64,000 nt of DNA, taken from assembly GCA_951406725.2 (NCBI GenBank), contig OX597830.1, forward strand, positions 1,364,001 through 1,428,000. Direction: 5' to 3'. This DNA is from Octopus vulgaris. Lineage: Eukaryota. Positions 29,257-41,476 of this stretch are shown here, piece after piece (the first letter of the stretch is position 1; each line of letters starts with the position of its first letter). The translations under genes and the position numbers were made by a program. The notes below the pieces were generated by a model that worked only from the letters and a program-made list of their open reading frames with translations, made no database searches and was not told the origin of the DNA.

Positions 29257-30072
29257 AATTTAATCTCAGAGTAACATTTTTTGAAAGCAAAGTAGAGGCA
29301 TTCATTTCGAAATTACAGTAAATTTACTCTGCTTGGTACCAGTTCTCTTCTTATACTCTCGTAATTATCGAATCACGTATTTGCTTGGTTTTTCAACTTT
29401 CACTCCTCCCTATACCTGCTACATCATTTTCCATAGCGATTCGTCAACTTCATTTCATACAAGTATCAAATGCAATCACAAAGAAAGAACATCAACACAT
29501 GCTTGTGTCTGGCTGTCTAACCATCCATCGACGAATCAATCGGTTAATTCTACGTGCATACACTCACGCACACACAAATCTATGCATACATACCCGCATA
29601 GATACAGTCAGATATACATACATAAATGCATACATACGTACATATATATACACACATACATATATTTAAATATGTATGCATGTTTCTATATATGTATACA
29701 GAGAGTGAAAGAGATGTATAGATATATTTATATAGATAACTATGTATGCTTGTATATATATATATACATACGTATGTATGTATATACATGTGTATTTATG
29801 CATATAATGATTACATACAAACATACATACGTAATACATATATAAACTGGTATCTTTGGTTGTATATACTTTCTGTTTATTTCCCATGTAAGAGGTTTTT
29901 TGCGTGCCACATAATTATTGGATTTGTTGCCAATTTAAATAAAATATTGGGGAAAAAGTGATTCTGTCAATAGTCATTAATTTTATTTTCTGGAGTAAAA
30001 ACCCAAGCACCATTTGAATTACAGAAGGTAATAGATGAATGCAGACCTCTTTTTGCTCACAGAGAAACATAG

Positions 30073-30146
<74 letters not shown>

Positions 30147-30367
30147 CTCTGTGTGTGTGTTTACATAAAACCACGCATGCACACACTCATATATGCCTGT
30201 CTAATTTCACTGATATAAGCATTCACACCCGCACACGAGCAAAATATATTGCGCTGAAGTTGTTTAAGCTGGTAAAACTGAAATGAATAAATTCTTAGTT
30301 ACACATAAATTCCATATTTCAATCAATCTCTCAATATTTTTCAGTAGAAGAATACAAACATTAATAT

Positions 30368-30633
30368 GAGTGGCTGTGTGGTAAAACGTTTGCTTCCTAA
30401 CCACATGGTTCCGCCTTCGGTCTCAGTGTCTGACACATTGTGCAAGTGTTTTCTACTACAGCCTCGGGCCGATCAAAACCTTTTGAGTGGATTTGGTAGA
30501 GAATGATACTGAAAGAAGCCCGGTCGTATATATATACGTGGGTGTGTTTGTACCCCCACCATCGGTGTGTTTATGTCGTCGTAACTGAGTGAGTCGGTAA
30601 AAGAGACCGATAGAATAAGTACTAGGCATACAA
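30368..30633 (+). mobile_element. tRNA-derived SINE (degenerate)
   Basis: A-box tggctgtgtggt and decayed B-box; body gagtggatttggtaga..ctgaaagaagcc shared with the SINEs at 45.5 kb and 51.3 kb. Confidence 0.8.
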
Positions 30634-30801
30634 AGATAAATTCCATCCAAGTATTATTGTTATTGTTATATTTATCCGACATTATATTAGTGCAGCTCGA
30701 TGTAATGCCAAAAAAATGGTTCACTAGGGAGCATCATTAAACTGTGGCCGGTAGAAGAGAATAGATTTATTTGCACATTCAAAGCGTTTCCTGGAAACAA
30801 A

Positions 30802-30848
<47 letters not shown>

Positions 30849-30866
30849 ATATGTTACATTACTCGG

Positions 30867-30940
30867 TAGTCAAGATAAAACTCTGAGTTTCAGATGCCGA
30901 AGTGGAAATCCACAACACCATCTCTTCGGTTATCTGGCTA
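30867..30940 (-). ncRNA. Type I hammerhead ribozyme variant in the Penelope 3' region (pLTR)
   Basis: Minus strand: AGAUAA-CCGAAGA-GAUG..CAUC-U-GAAA-CUCAGAG-UU-UUAUCU. Perfect 6-bp stem I, near-palindromic stem III, GUU triplet; U4C core change and an extra U before GAAA. Confidence 0.7.
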
Positions 30941-31122
30941 TTTGAAAACGCTATGAAAAAATACCGTTATATAAAGGGAAATTACTCTGTTATAACTCTG
31001 CTTGCCTGCGTACTTATACATCGCTCGCATTTTTCGTCATAAAAATTATATAAAAATACATAAAAATATATAAAAATATATAAAAATATATAAAATCTTC
31101 TTGGGACATAACACAGCATGTT

Positions 31123-32994
31123 CTATCCGTTTTCTTTAGGGGACCAAAAACGTAACAGAAATTTAGTCATATGTGGGCATGATCCGAAAAGCTCTGTCCT
31201 TGTGTTTAGACATGTGGTAGGGTCTAAGCTGCTTTTCCAGATAAGCCATCTCTCCATGTCGCATAAACCGCACCTTCCGCTGCCGTTAGTATAGGGCTTA
31301 CATCTGGCCAAAATCTTCCATTGTATGTTATAATCGACACCTTTATCTCTTAAAGACCAAATATGATTGGATAATTGTGTCGCTTTTCTTTTGTTCCAGT
31401 GCCTAAAGCTCAAAGTGTGGTTATTGAACCTGGCCTTGAAATTACCCTCTGTCAGGCCCACGTATTTCTTCGTCGAAACGGTGTCTTTAGTGGTTATAGA
31501 GTTTACGGTAGCTTCATATATGATGGTCTTTAGCGGGCACAATTCTTTATTCCTGCATGAACAGCTGTTTTCTTCTTGTGTTTTTTGTATGTTATGATTG
31601 ATTATGTTTTTAAAATTGGTAGTTGAACTAAAACTAATTTTTAAATTGTGTCTATTGAAAAGTTTCCTATAAGCATGGTTAACTGGAAAATGTCTATCTA
31701 TCAGTGCTAGGAAATATTTACCTATATTGAAGGCCACCTCGGGTGAGTAAGGGGGCGTAAACCAGATGACCTTCCTATTTCTATTATTCCTTTTCCTTAT
31801 TGTTGGGCTGGTGATAGGTGTATATTTTATTTTTTCGCTAAAACCACTATCTTTTAAAGCTTTATTATAAACTGGGGCAACGCTATTGAAGATGTCCTCA
31901 TTAGATGAGAGGCTAGAAATCCTCTTACTAATATTTTTAACTAAATTTTTGAATACTATAGGGGGATGGCATGAACCTACATTAATATAACTTAGTCTAT
32001 CATTGGGCTTCCTATAAGGCTTATAAATATTATTATTAAGATCTAAGGAAACGTCTAAGAAATTGACAACCGTCAGGTTAGTGTCTATAGTTATACTAAG
32101 TCCGAAGTGTTTCATTAACTGGATAATATCCTTCCTAAAACGATCTTGTGCTGGTCCATTTGTATTAGCTGTTAAGGCGAGGGCATCATCTTTGTAGATG
32201 GCGAAATGTACGTTAGGGAATGTCTTACCGAAGGTATCTAGGAGAAAGAGTCCAATTAGATCACAGATGCCTGCCCCATCATATGAACCCATGCTCACAT
32301 CGAAAGCGCCCTCCGTGTCGGTGTTTTTTACCCACTTTGCATTCTCACTGAAAAGTAATGTCTTTCTAGCATGGAAGATTATATCCTTATCATTGGTACT
32401 AATTTCTATGAAGTCACTAGCGAAGATTAGGGCTTTATCTAGCAGTTCTTTAGAGATAGAGGCATAAAAATCAACAATATCGAATTGTGTAAACCTCGCT
32501 TTTTTCTTATTCTTAATAGCTTTAAACCAGTCTACGACTTCTATACTATTGGACCATTGCACTAGCCTAGTATCGGTCTTAATTTTCGTATTTATTTTAT
32601 CTAAAATTTCTTTGCTAATAATCCCTAGTTCTGACTTGGCTGGGTTGATAAGCCTACATTTAGGGTTGGAAAGGAAGTTTTCTTTGTGGTCTTTAATAGT
32701 AATAAAGGCCTCTTTTTGGGGGAGGGTTTCTATTTTTTTATCTAATTTAAGTTTAGCGGCGATGACGCTAGCTTCTTTATTAATTTCGTTATATGTCTGT
32801 GCCCTAGCCTTAGTATAATTATTAATGATGCTGTTGTGTAAGAGTTGTGTGTATTTGCTGTTATCTACCAGGTATAAGTTCTTGGTTTTATCCGAAAAAA
32901 GTGCTTTTTTCTTGGAGCTTTTTATATGATCAATATCTTTTTTCAATTTATGTTGGAAATTGTTAAAAGACTTACGAAACTTTATTTTGCTCAT
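31123..32994 (-). CDS. Penelope-like RT + GIY-YIG endonuclease (N-terminally truncated)
   Basis: KCRLINPAKSELG, FDIVDFYASI, MGSYDGA, YKDD (YRDD expected), CSCRNKELCPL, IIYEA..YVGLTEGNFKARFNNH, CGLC. Confidence 0.88.
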   Translation of the reverse strand: MSKIKFRKSFNNFQHKLKKDIDHIKSSKKKALFSDKTKNLYLVDNSKYTQLLHNSIINNYTKARAQTYNEINKEASVIAAKLKLDKKIETLPQKEAFITIKDHKENFLSNPKCRLINPAKSELGIISKEILDKINTKIKTDTRLVQWSNSIEVVDWFKAIKNKKKARFTQFDIVDFYASISKELLDKALIFASDFIEISTNDKDIIFHARKTLLFSENAKWVKNTDTEGAFDVSMGSYDGAGICDLIGLFLLDTFGKTFPNVHFAIYKDDALALTANTNGPAQDRFRKDIIQLMKHFGLSITIDTNLTVVNFLDVSLDLNNNIYKPYRKPNDRLSYINVGSCHPPIVFKNLVKNISKRISSLSSNEDIFNSVAPVYNKALKDSGFSEKIKYTPITSPTIRKRNNRNRKVIWFTPPYSPEVAFNIGKYFLALIDRHFPVNHAYRKLFNRHNLKISFSSTTNFKNIINHNIQKTQEENSCSCRNKELCPLKTIIYEATVNSITTKDTVSTKKYVGLTEGNFKARFNNHTLSFRHWNKRKATQLSNHIWSLRDKGVDYNIQWKILARCKPYTNGSGRCGLCDMERWLIWKSSLDPTTCLNTRTELFGSCPHMTKFLLRFWSPKENG

Positions 32995-33409
32995 GATCTT
33001 CAGCAGGTCCGCTTCACATAATATTGAGGTCTCTTTCTTTCTTTTGTTATCTTACCGTTTTATCAATATATATATATATATATATAAAGCTATTATAGCT
33101 GATGCACACTGGCGCACATACACATAAATAACGGTTGCTGGATTGCCATTTACTATTACCTGAATATTTTTAATTGAGAAATAATTTAAAATGCGTTTCG
33201 TGGACAGGATAGATATTTGTGATTCTTCACAAAATTCCTCCCCCCACATCATGTTCACATGCATAGAGTCATAAAATACAAATACACAAAGTTAGATCTT
33301 AGTGATAAACGTTTTGATAATTGAGTGATATACGTTTTGTGATATCTTGATATTATTTATCAAGTGTTATACAATATACCCTCTTGATATATATATATAT
33401 GTATATTAT

Positions 33410-33772
33410 CCGAAATATATAGTCTTACATATCCATCACAGCTGATCATACCAATCGGTTTCGCGCAAGGAATACAATGGAGTGTTAGGTAATAATCCGA
33501 TTATATAACCTTATGCTCATCAGAGTTAGCCCTTATGACAGGGAATATGGCGACTGCTCTCTATTCGAGGAGGTGGATTCTGACAATGTGCAAGTAAGTG
33601 GCGAGATGGATCCGACAATAGAGAGCGGCCGCCATATTCCATTCCATATCGACTAACTCTGATTAGAGTGAGTTGAAATAAATGGATTGTTGCATAACAC
33701 TCCATTGTACTCTTTGAGCGAAACTGACTGGCACGATCAGCCTTGATGGATATATAATACTATATATTTCGG
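33410..33772. other. 363-bp rod-like inverted repeat carrying hammerhead-like cores in opposite polarities
   Basis: About 155-bp imperfect arms. Minus strand: CUGAUGA (33517-33523)..GAAAC-CGAUUG-GUA. Plus-strand mirror: CUGAUUA (33659-33665)..GAAAC-UGACUG-GCA. Confidence 0.65.
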
Positions 33773-33790
33773 CATAGGAGCCAATGAAGA

Positions 33791-33926
33791 TATATTTCTT
33801 TACTATCCACAAGGGGTTAAACACAGAGGAGACAAACAAGGACAGACAAACGGATTAAGTCGATTACATCAACCCCAGTGCGTAACTGGTACTTAATTTA
33901 TCGACCCCGAAAGGATGAAAGGCAAA
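33791..33926 (-). mobile_element. SINE 3' half with a Meta-like core and a tail resembling the Tx1-like LINE 3' end
   Basis: Minus strand gcctttcatcctttcggggtcgataaattaagtaccag resembles the Meta/Sauria SINE core (from memory); 19-nt identity with 45724-45742. Confidence 0.65.
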
Positions 33927-34067
33927 ACGCACACACACGTTACCGTGGCGGCGCTTGCATTCTTTTTGTGTAAGGCTCTCACATCCACTTACCAAGTGGG
34001 TCACATTTCCCACACTTTTTCCACAGTCTGCATTTGTAAATGTCGGAAGTTTTATAGATGTTATACT

Positions 34068-34908
34068 TCACTGAATTGGTAGCGAGAGCCTGGGTTGTGC
34101 TGCAATGGTCAGGCTTTCGGTGGTACACCTCAAATCACCTCGCTCAAGCCATGCCCACGACACTGCATTATCCTTAACGTCTTGTCTATTCCTTTCAAAC
34201 AGTCCATGCATTCTCATTTTACGGTCTTCTTTTCTCTTCTCCTCAGCTCTTTGGCTAAACTCTTTCTTGCGCATCATTTCATCTGCATTTACACCCATAT
34301 TTTCGCAGCATATTGCCGAAGATTTTTCATCTCCATTTATCGCTATTTGCTTTGCATGCTAAAATTATTACCACATTTAATCCATTTTAGATGGAGAATG
34401 CTTTCCTTAGTGTATGGGCTGTACCCATCAAGGTTATCTTTTGTAGTGCACAGAGATTGGAATAACCAGGGAGTTGCTTAATATACTTCTCAGCTCCCAA
34501 CGTTATCATTCCCAACGCATCAATTACTACTGGTATTATCCTAGTACTAAGATTCAACATCACATTTTTGTGATTTCAATTTGCAGATCTTTATAGTGAG
34601 AAAGCTTTTCGTTTTCTTTTTTTGAAACATTTTGATCTTGTGGGTGTGACATATCTATTAACAGACAAGTTCCTCTGTTGTAATCCTTGATCACAATGCC
34701 TGGTCGATTTGGAGTCCATTTTTCTGTCTTTTTGTATTGGGAAGTTCCAAAGGATGGTAACGCCCTCTGGATGGTGCCTGTACCACTTATGGGATTTGAT
34801 TTTGTACTATTTACAAACATTCAAGTGAATGTACTGCCCTAGTCTGTCATTTCATATGAGGCACTCCGTTTCAGCGAGGACTGGGAAGCCAGAAACAACA
34901 TGATCAAT
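34068..34908 (-). pseudogene. R4/Dong-like RLE non-LTR retrotransposon fragments
   Basis: NRPGIVIKD..CLLIDMSHPQDQNVSKKENEKLSHYKDLQIEI (RLE), IDHVVSG (zinc-knuckle remnant) and HGLF..WLERGDL..TES..IAAQ; adjacent to (TTA)n at ~34908-34929. Confidence 0.75.
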
Positions 34909-35074
34909 TATTATTATTATTATTATTATCTATATATATTATTTGCTTATTCATATAACATTCCATCATTCCGTTACATCATTATTATTAGGTTCTAAAT
35001 GACACGTGAAAATCAAAGTTGGAAATTCTGTGAGTTATGATAAAAAATTGGCTTATTAGAAATTACAACCGAAT

Positions 35075-35460
35075 GGCAAAATTAATAGAGATCATAAAAT
35101 CCAAGAGTGTACTGCCTTGCACCGTTTATGTTAAAATAAGAGTTGAATTAACTCCAAAGCAACTGAAGTAGTATACTTAATGACTTTTGAAAATCAGCTC
35201 CTGTTTTGAGTGTGTTTTCTTATAAGATTGACAAATGAAGTTGAGTTTAACCCTTGGCATTAGGAGCCGCTGATGAGAATTAAGGTGGTCTACACCAAGA
35301 TTTGAAATCGCGATATGGCTACATACATTAAGGACTTACCTCCCTTCGCTAGTTATTAAGTGTAGTGCTTTAGTGGCTTTGGAGTAAATTTAACTCATAT
35401 TTTATTATAAGCGATGCTAGTCAACACCCTCCATTACTTTTGTGACTCCTATTAATTTTG

Positions 35461-35462
<2 letters not shown>
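35075..35462 (+). mobile_element. Non-coding foldback element enclosing a hammerhead ribozyme (retrozyme-like)
   Basis: Arms 35075-35185 and 35351-35462 are reverse complements with many plus-strand G-U-compatible differences; right end abuts (TA)n. Confidence 0.7.
35265..35320 (+). ncRNA. Type I hammerhead ribozyme with palindromic stem III
   Basis: AGCCG-CUGAUGA-GAAUU-aa-GGUG-gucua-CACC-aa-GAUUU-GAAA-UCGCGA-UA-UGGCU; complete core, AUA triplet ending at 35315. Confidence 0.85.
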
Positions 35463-35490
<28 letters not shown>

Positions 35491-35499
<9 letters not shown>

Positions 35500-35600
35500 T
35501 AAAACAGTTTGAAAACGGTACTATATAAATTTAGATTTTCTAAGAAAATCAAAATTTATCTTATATAGTGGCGTTTTCAAACTTCTTTTTTATAAATATA
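35491..35600. other. 110-bp imperfect palindrome between (TA)n tracts
   Basis: agtttgaaaacg / cgttttcaaact, actatataa / ttatatagt, gattttct / agaaaatc. Confidence 0.6.
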
Positions 35601-35628
35601 TACCCGCTCATATACCACCTACACTTAT

Positions 35629-35714
<86 letters not shown>

Positions 35715-36590
35715 GACAGAATCCTGGATATGTGTGAGAGTAAGGGCGACTGTGTCTGCGCCTGTCTTAGTCATTTAGCTCTCAGTGCATTCCGTAAAAT
35801 TTCAGTAATTATTCATTGACAAAAATACCTCACCATTTAGAAGGTAACATCCACTGAAAAAATTCCTGTCATATGGACCTGAAGTCTCCAACGAATCGCT
35901 CTCATTGTATAGCATACTAATAAATTTGTAACAGCCTAAAATAAATCTCCTATACAACAACTTAACCCACGCATCACAGTCACTTGACTATTTCTAGAAA
36001 CTGATTTGAATTAAAACTTATTAAACTTCACCTTGTTTTCATTAATAGCATGCTCAGTCTCCAGATTGCAGGCTTCCTAAAGTTGACTGGTTATACACAT
36101 TTACTCTTTTAATCTCTCTCTCTCTCATTTTCTTTTCATTTTCTCGTCTTACCCCTTTCTCTTTCAGTTCAACAAAGATCTTCTTGTGTGTATATCTCTA
36201 AGCGTTAATGCTTATTCACCAAATTGATGTGAATGTGTTATATATGATGATTTTCTGTATATTCCTATTTCTTTATTTAGATGGTTCTTATGCATAGTTG
36301 CAGGCAAACGTTTATGTGAGCTATACACACCTTTAACTGTCAAATATGTGCATGTGTACATAGTCGTGTGCATATATTTGTAAGAATTAACCTGTAGGTT
36401 TAAAAGTGTGGGCGGGAGAGCAAGTATTTGCCTATGCGGCTGTGTATGAGTATATAGTCATCACTTACCTTTGTATGCACTGATGCGAACTTCCGTTCGT
36501 GCATGAGACAATGTATGCTGTGTGCATTTGTAGATGCGACTTTATGAGATTCTGCGTGCTTATATCGGGAATATGTGTGTGTATAGAGAT

Positions 36591-36687
<97 letters not shown>

Positions 36688-39254
36688 TGTACGTACGTCC
36701 ACTCACAAGAATAAATATCTGTGTGTCTGACTATGTGTTTGCGGGAATATGTGTGAGAGTAAGTGCGACGGTGTCTGCGCCTGACTTAGTCATTTCGCTA
36801 TCACTTTCAATGTTACCAGACAAAATTGTTCCAACTTGTCATCTGTGGTTTGTATTCTTGACAATGCCATTTCCTCTTCTTTAGAATTTATGAAATTATA
36901 CAACATTCTCTTGAACTTTAACAATTTTTCACTATTCATATGGCTGGACAATAGAAAAAGCAACGAGAGAGAACATAACCCAAAGAAGAAAACAGATATT
37001 CGGGGAATAAGAGAAAGTTTGTGTCTCTGTTATTATTCAAATATTTGATCTTGAATAATTCTGCAACCCAAACTTTATCAAGCAGCGAAACGAAATAAAA
37101 AGCAATGCAAAGTGAAACCAAATCAAAGAAAAAGAAAGAAAGAGCAAATTTTTATGACTTATGAAACTGCTGAGATAGAGTTCTGTTTATGGTGCTCATT
37201 TATAATGTTGAAGCTATAAATATCTACAATTGTATGTTTTAATGGTACAAACCATATATCACTGCTGTTATTTAGTATGCAGCGCAGCATATTTCATTTC
37301 TCGGCCGTGTAACTTGTTACTGTTTGCTGTCTTGATGATGTAAATGGATATAATTTTGATGACATGATGGCATACATTTCTACATATATGTATTTATCTT
37401 GATAATGATACACAAAGCTACCACTTTCCCATTCCCAAAATGACATGTCTTCGTGCTACATGTCTCTACAACTGTCTTTGTCTACAATTTTCTTAGTCAT
37501 TTTCTTAGACTAAGGGATAAAACAGTAACAGAAAAAAAACAATTTATCTGTATTTACATAGATTTGTAGGGATTACGAAAGACATGATAATTTTCCTATT
37601 TTTAAGATGGTGGTGTTTGATTTAGGGAGATGGGTGTGTGTGATTTCTATCTGAATCATGGCTGCAAAGAGACTCCCTCGCCGACGATCTGTTTCATTTC
37701 ATCTAATAGTTTTACTTCTTTGATAATTGTCTTCTTGCTGTTTTATCTATTTAATATCATACAATTCTTCAGTATTGCTGTCTTACAATATATCACTTGT
37801 AAAATTCAGATTCTGTGCTTCCCTTCTTCCTGATTTATAACCCTTTCCGTGCCAGCAGGGCGTAGAATGTTTTCAAATTTACGCAATAACACATTGTTGT
37901 TACAGTATATATCCATCTCATACTCTTCCACTGAAAGACCCGGAAGGAAAAAGTAAGAATCTTCGGTTAACCAAATAAACTACGGAACTCATAATTACGG
38001 GCAGTCTCCATTAGTATAGAAGATTGCGAAGAAAAGTGAGAGAAACATTTCTATCAATATAATATATCGCCATTGTTCTTATATTTGGCGTCAGTGCAGG
38101 ATGATGAGAAATCTAAAATAAAATCACGATAGGAAGCAAGATTATTACTGTTAAATATTTTGTCCATGGGATAATACGCATCTGACACTTCAGATTAACA
38201 ATTCAAGCCGTTCTCTGCCGCTGTTCATGTGGACCAAGTGTCTGCATTTGTATGTGCAGGCCTGATAACGTGTATTTCGAAAACAAATATCAACCGTTGC
38301 CCCTCCACAGCTACCTGCCCGCTCCACGCCACTGATGCTGTCCAAATGACATTCAAGGGGGTTGGGCTGCTGTTATGGCTTGGAATCAATATCATCGCAG
38401 TCACTGAGCCTGCCGTAAGAACGCGAAGAACTTGACCAAATGCCACAAAACATTATGTTCAGGCTTCGATTTCCCTGCCATGGCAACGTGTTACATTGGT
38501 TAATATATCGTCGACAATGTGGCCATCAAGTCAACCTACCAACTCGCCGCTGCGATTAAGCAGTGCCTACTTGATCCTAGACGTGCGAGAAATAACAGTC
38601 AAATATCATTAAAATTACGGCTTACTACTTCAAAATAGAAATGGATAATTAGATACACAAATAAATGGTGTAATCAGTTATGGATAAAATTTTAATCATA
38701 GTTTCGTTGACTTGTGTCTAAACAGAAGCCTTTCAATCAACAAGAAAAACACTAAAATACCAAGGAAGAAACAAAGTGCATTCATATCGACATTGGTTAT
38801 GCTAGAAATAGCAGCACAATATGATCAAAATCTACTTCATTTTGTAATGGATCAGGGTACTACTTTCAAATTACACATACACACACACACACACACACAC
38901 AAGTAAGCACTGGTATCCATTCATTCAATTAAAGGTTTTCAAAGCGTGGCTTCAGCATGGCCTCAATCTAATGACTGGAGCAAGTAACAGAACACCGGAT
39001 GTTGTTATACACCGCTGGTCACAATGCTCTTCGCATTGCTCTAGCTTTGAATGATGCCTCCCTCCACGCCCGCTGGGTAGGCGAGTAGGCCAGCATTATC
39101 ACCGATCGTAAGGTTTATCCATTGTAAGTTTTCAGCAGATTGGTCTGCAGCAACGTGAAATTAAGGGTTTTGCTCAAGAATACAACACGCCGCCTGCTCT
39201 GGGAATTAAACCAACGATCTAACCACTAAGCTACATGAATTCCACTTACACACA

Positions 39255-39306
<52 letters not shown>

Positions 39307-39606
39307 GAATCAACACCATATGCAGGTCAAGTGAAGCACAACGTGTGGTTGTCATGGTAACAAGCTGGTTCATGCTGCGCTGTCTGTCGATTGGCTAAAA
39401 TTACCCCAATTTCGCAACTTCAATTCCAAATAACATCAGATTCTTTAATTTATGTGATAAAATAATTGGTTGATTGTAGTCAAAATTCAGAGTTGCATCG
39501 ATACACCAAAATTGAGTCTCATTTTACGAATGAAACAAAATGGATCCGAATTATATATGTTGTGGGCAATGCATTTGTATATTACGTTAAACATTCTGCA
39601 GTGGGA

Positions 39607-39640
<34 letters not shown>

Positions 39641-39972
39641 ACAATGTTTGTAAACAAACCAGGTAGTAATGTACTCATTTAATCCATTAATAAAATCCGT
39701 TGGAAACAGTTGTAATGAAGTGACACTTATCCATCGCTTGTTATTCATATGTTCATAATACACCTCACTAGAATCCCGACCCGTCGGACACGCTGGAGTG
39801 TATCAGTTGCCATATGACCAGTAGGGCTACTAGTCAACTGCTTAGAATATATCGCTTTAATCGGAGTATGCATGTTATGATATATAATTATTATATAGTT
39901 ACTGTTGTATATGTACACACAACAACACACATATATACAAATATGTATATATATATATATTATATATACACA

Positions 39973-41208
39973 CAGGGTGCATAGGATATTTGAGGACAGA
40001 TTTACGTTTATAAAAAAAACGGTTATATAATTACAGATGACTTTATCAAAACATACTTTCACCATAAAAATAAACATTCTTTTCTATAATGTTATTCAAT
40101 AAGCCACCTTCAGCTTCAACAATGATTTCCATGAGATCTAAATCATCTACATGCTCGAATCAAGTAGTCCTGCTTCCTTTTGGACATTACTCCGACTATG
40201 GCAGCTTTCAAAGAATCTTTGGTATTATGGGCGTGTTCATTGACCTTTCTCTCAACAACGCTCCACATGTAATAGTCCAATGGATTGAGAGCTGGGGAAT
40301 TAGGAGGCCAAATGTTAGGGGTTATGTGATAATGAAAATTTTCAACCATCCATTCCTGTGTTACTAGACCCATGTGTGATAGTGCAGAGTCTTACTGAAA
40401 CACATATGGCCTTCCATGACATACAGTGTCTATCCAGGGCTTAACAATTGTTTCCAGGACCTCAATGTAGGCGGCAGAGTTAACTCTAAGGCCTGTGGAA
40501 AGAAGTAAGAAGGATATCACGTGTCCTTCATTGCTGACAACCCCTAAAACCATGACGGTTGCAGAGAATGTTTTATACATAACACTTAAAACTTCAGAAC
40601 GATCTGCACATAACCATCTGTTATTTCTTTTGTTAACTTTTTGATTTTGGTCGAAGTTTTTCGCGTTTGAGAAAAATTAAATCAAATCTTCTGCTGGATC
40701 TTTGTGTTTAAGCGCCTTTTAGATCTGATGTAGTGATTTTCTTTTGGTTTTTCTGACAATTTGACCTTTCCTCATCATATAACACTTATATCAGATGTCT
40801 TTGTGGACAACATTTCTGACTGTTCCTTTTGATACATAGAAAGCTTTTGCAATTGACCTTCTGAGATTGTAATTGATGGCTGTTGTTTGCTGAATAAATT
40901 CAAGTATTCCGATGTTTTCAAAGCGTTTAGAATGCTTTCTATGCTTTGATACTGGTGATATGTTTCCATCTTTAGTCTCTAACTCCTTCAAACTTTGTAG
41001 ACGAAAGATCTAGCAACTTTTAAAAATAAAGATATTTCTAAATCGTTATACTCAGCCTTTATAACCACAATAATAGCATGCCTCTTCATTTCTTGAGTAA
41101 ACCGAGGGTCTGCCATTATTATTTTCTGAAACAAAGATTATACAGAGTTAGCAAAAATTGCAGCAATGACCCAAAAATGGTATATCCTCAAATACCTTAC
41201 GCACCGTG
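39973..41208 (-). mobile_element. Degenerate Tc1/mariner DD37D (maT-type) transposon with TIRs
   Basis: TIRs cagggtgcataggatatttgagga / tcctcaaataccttacgcaccgtg. VMVLGVVSNEG and YVFQ*DSA..WPPNSPALNPLDY, with 37 residues between the last two Asp; stops and frameshifts. Confidence 0.88.
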
Positions 41209-41476
41209 TGGGTGTGTCCACACACACACACACACATATATATATATAGAGAGAGATTTTCCATGTATAATATACTTCATGGGGCTAAAGAGATTTAAAC
41301 TTGTGCACGTAGAGGACTAAATGTAAGGACAAGCAATTTAGGCAAATCGATATACAAAAATATTAAATACACTTCATACAAAAAATGTACATACGTTTAA
41401 ATATAAAACAAAGGTCCGACTTACATAGGATATAAATGATATCAGGAATTAAAGGAGTTGAATAAGAGTTTTACGA

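Larger units (their letters stand above)
30845..33025 (-). mobile_element. 5'-truncated Penelope-like element (Naiad-like)
   Basis: RT + C-terminal GIY-YIG ORF. The 3' region carries (TAAAAATATA)n and a same-strand hammerhead, and ends at (TA)n 30806-30844. Confidence 0.88.

Noticed and set aside
30368-30440. tRNA gene
   Set aside because: A/B-box-like head continues into a SINE body; no complete cloverleaf.
31123-32994. Selenoprotein-type Naiad
   Set aside because: No in-frame UGA in the ORF and no SECIS recognised in the 3' region.
38225-38446. GC-richer island with short ORFs on both strands as a host exon
   Set aside because: No recognisable protein motif or supportable splice structure; needs RNA-seq or homology evidence.
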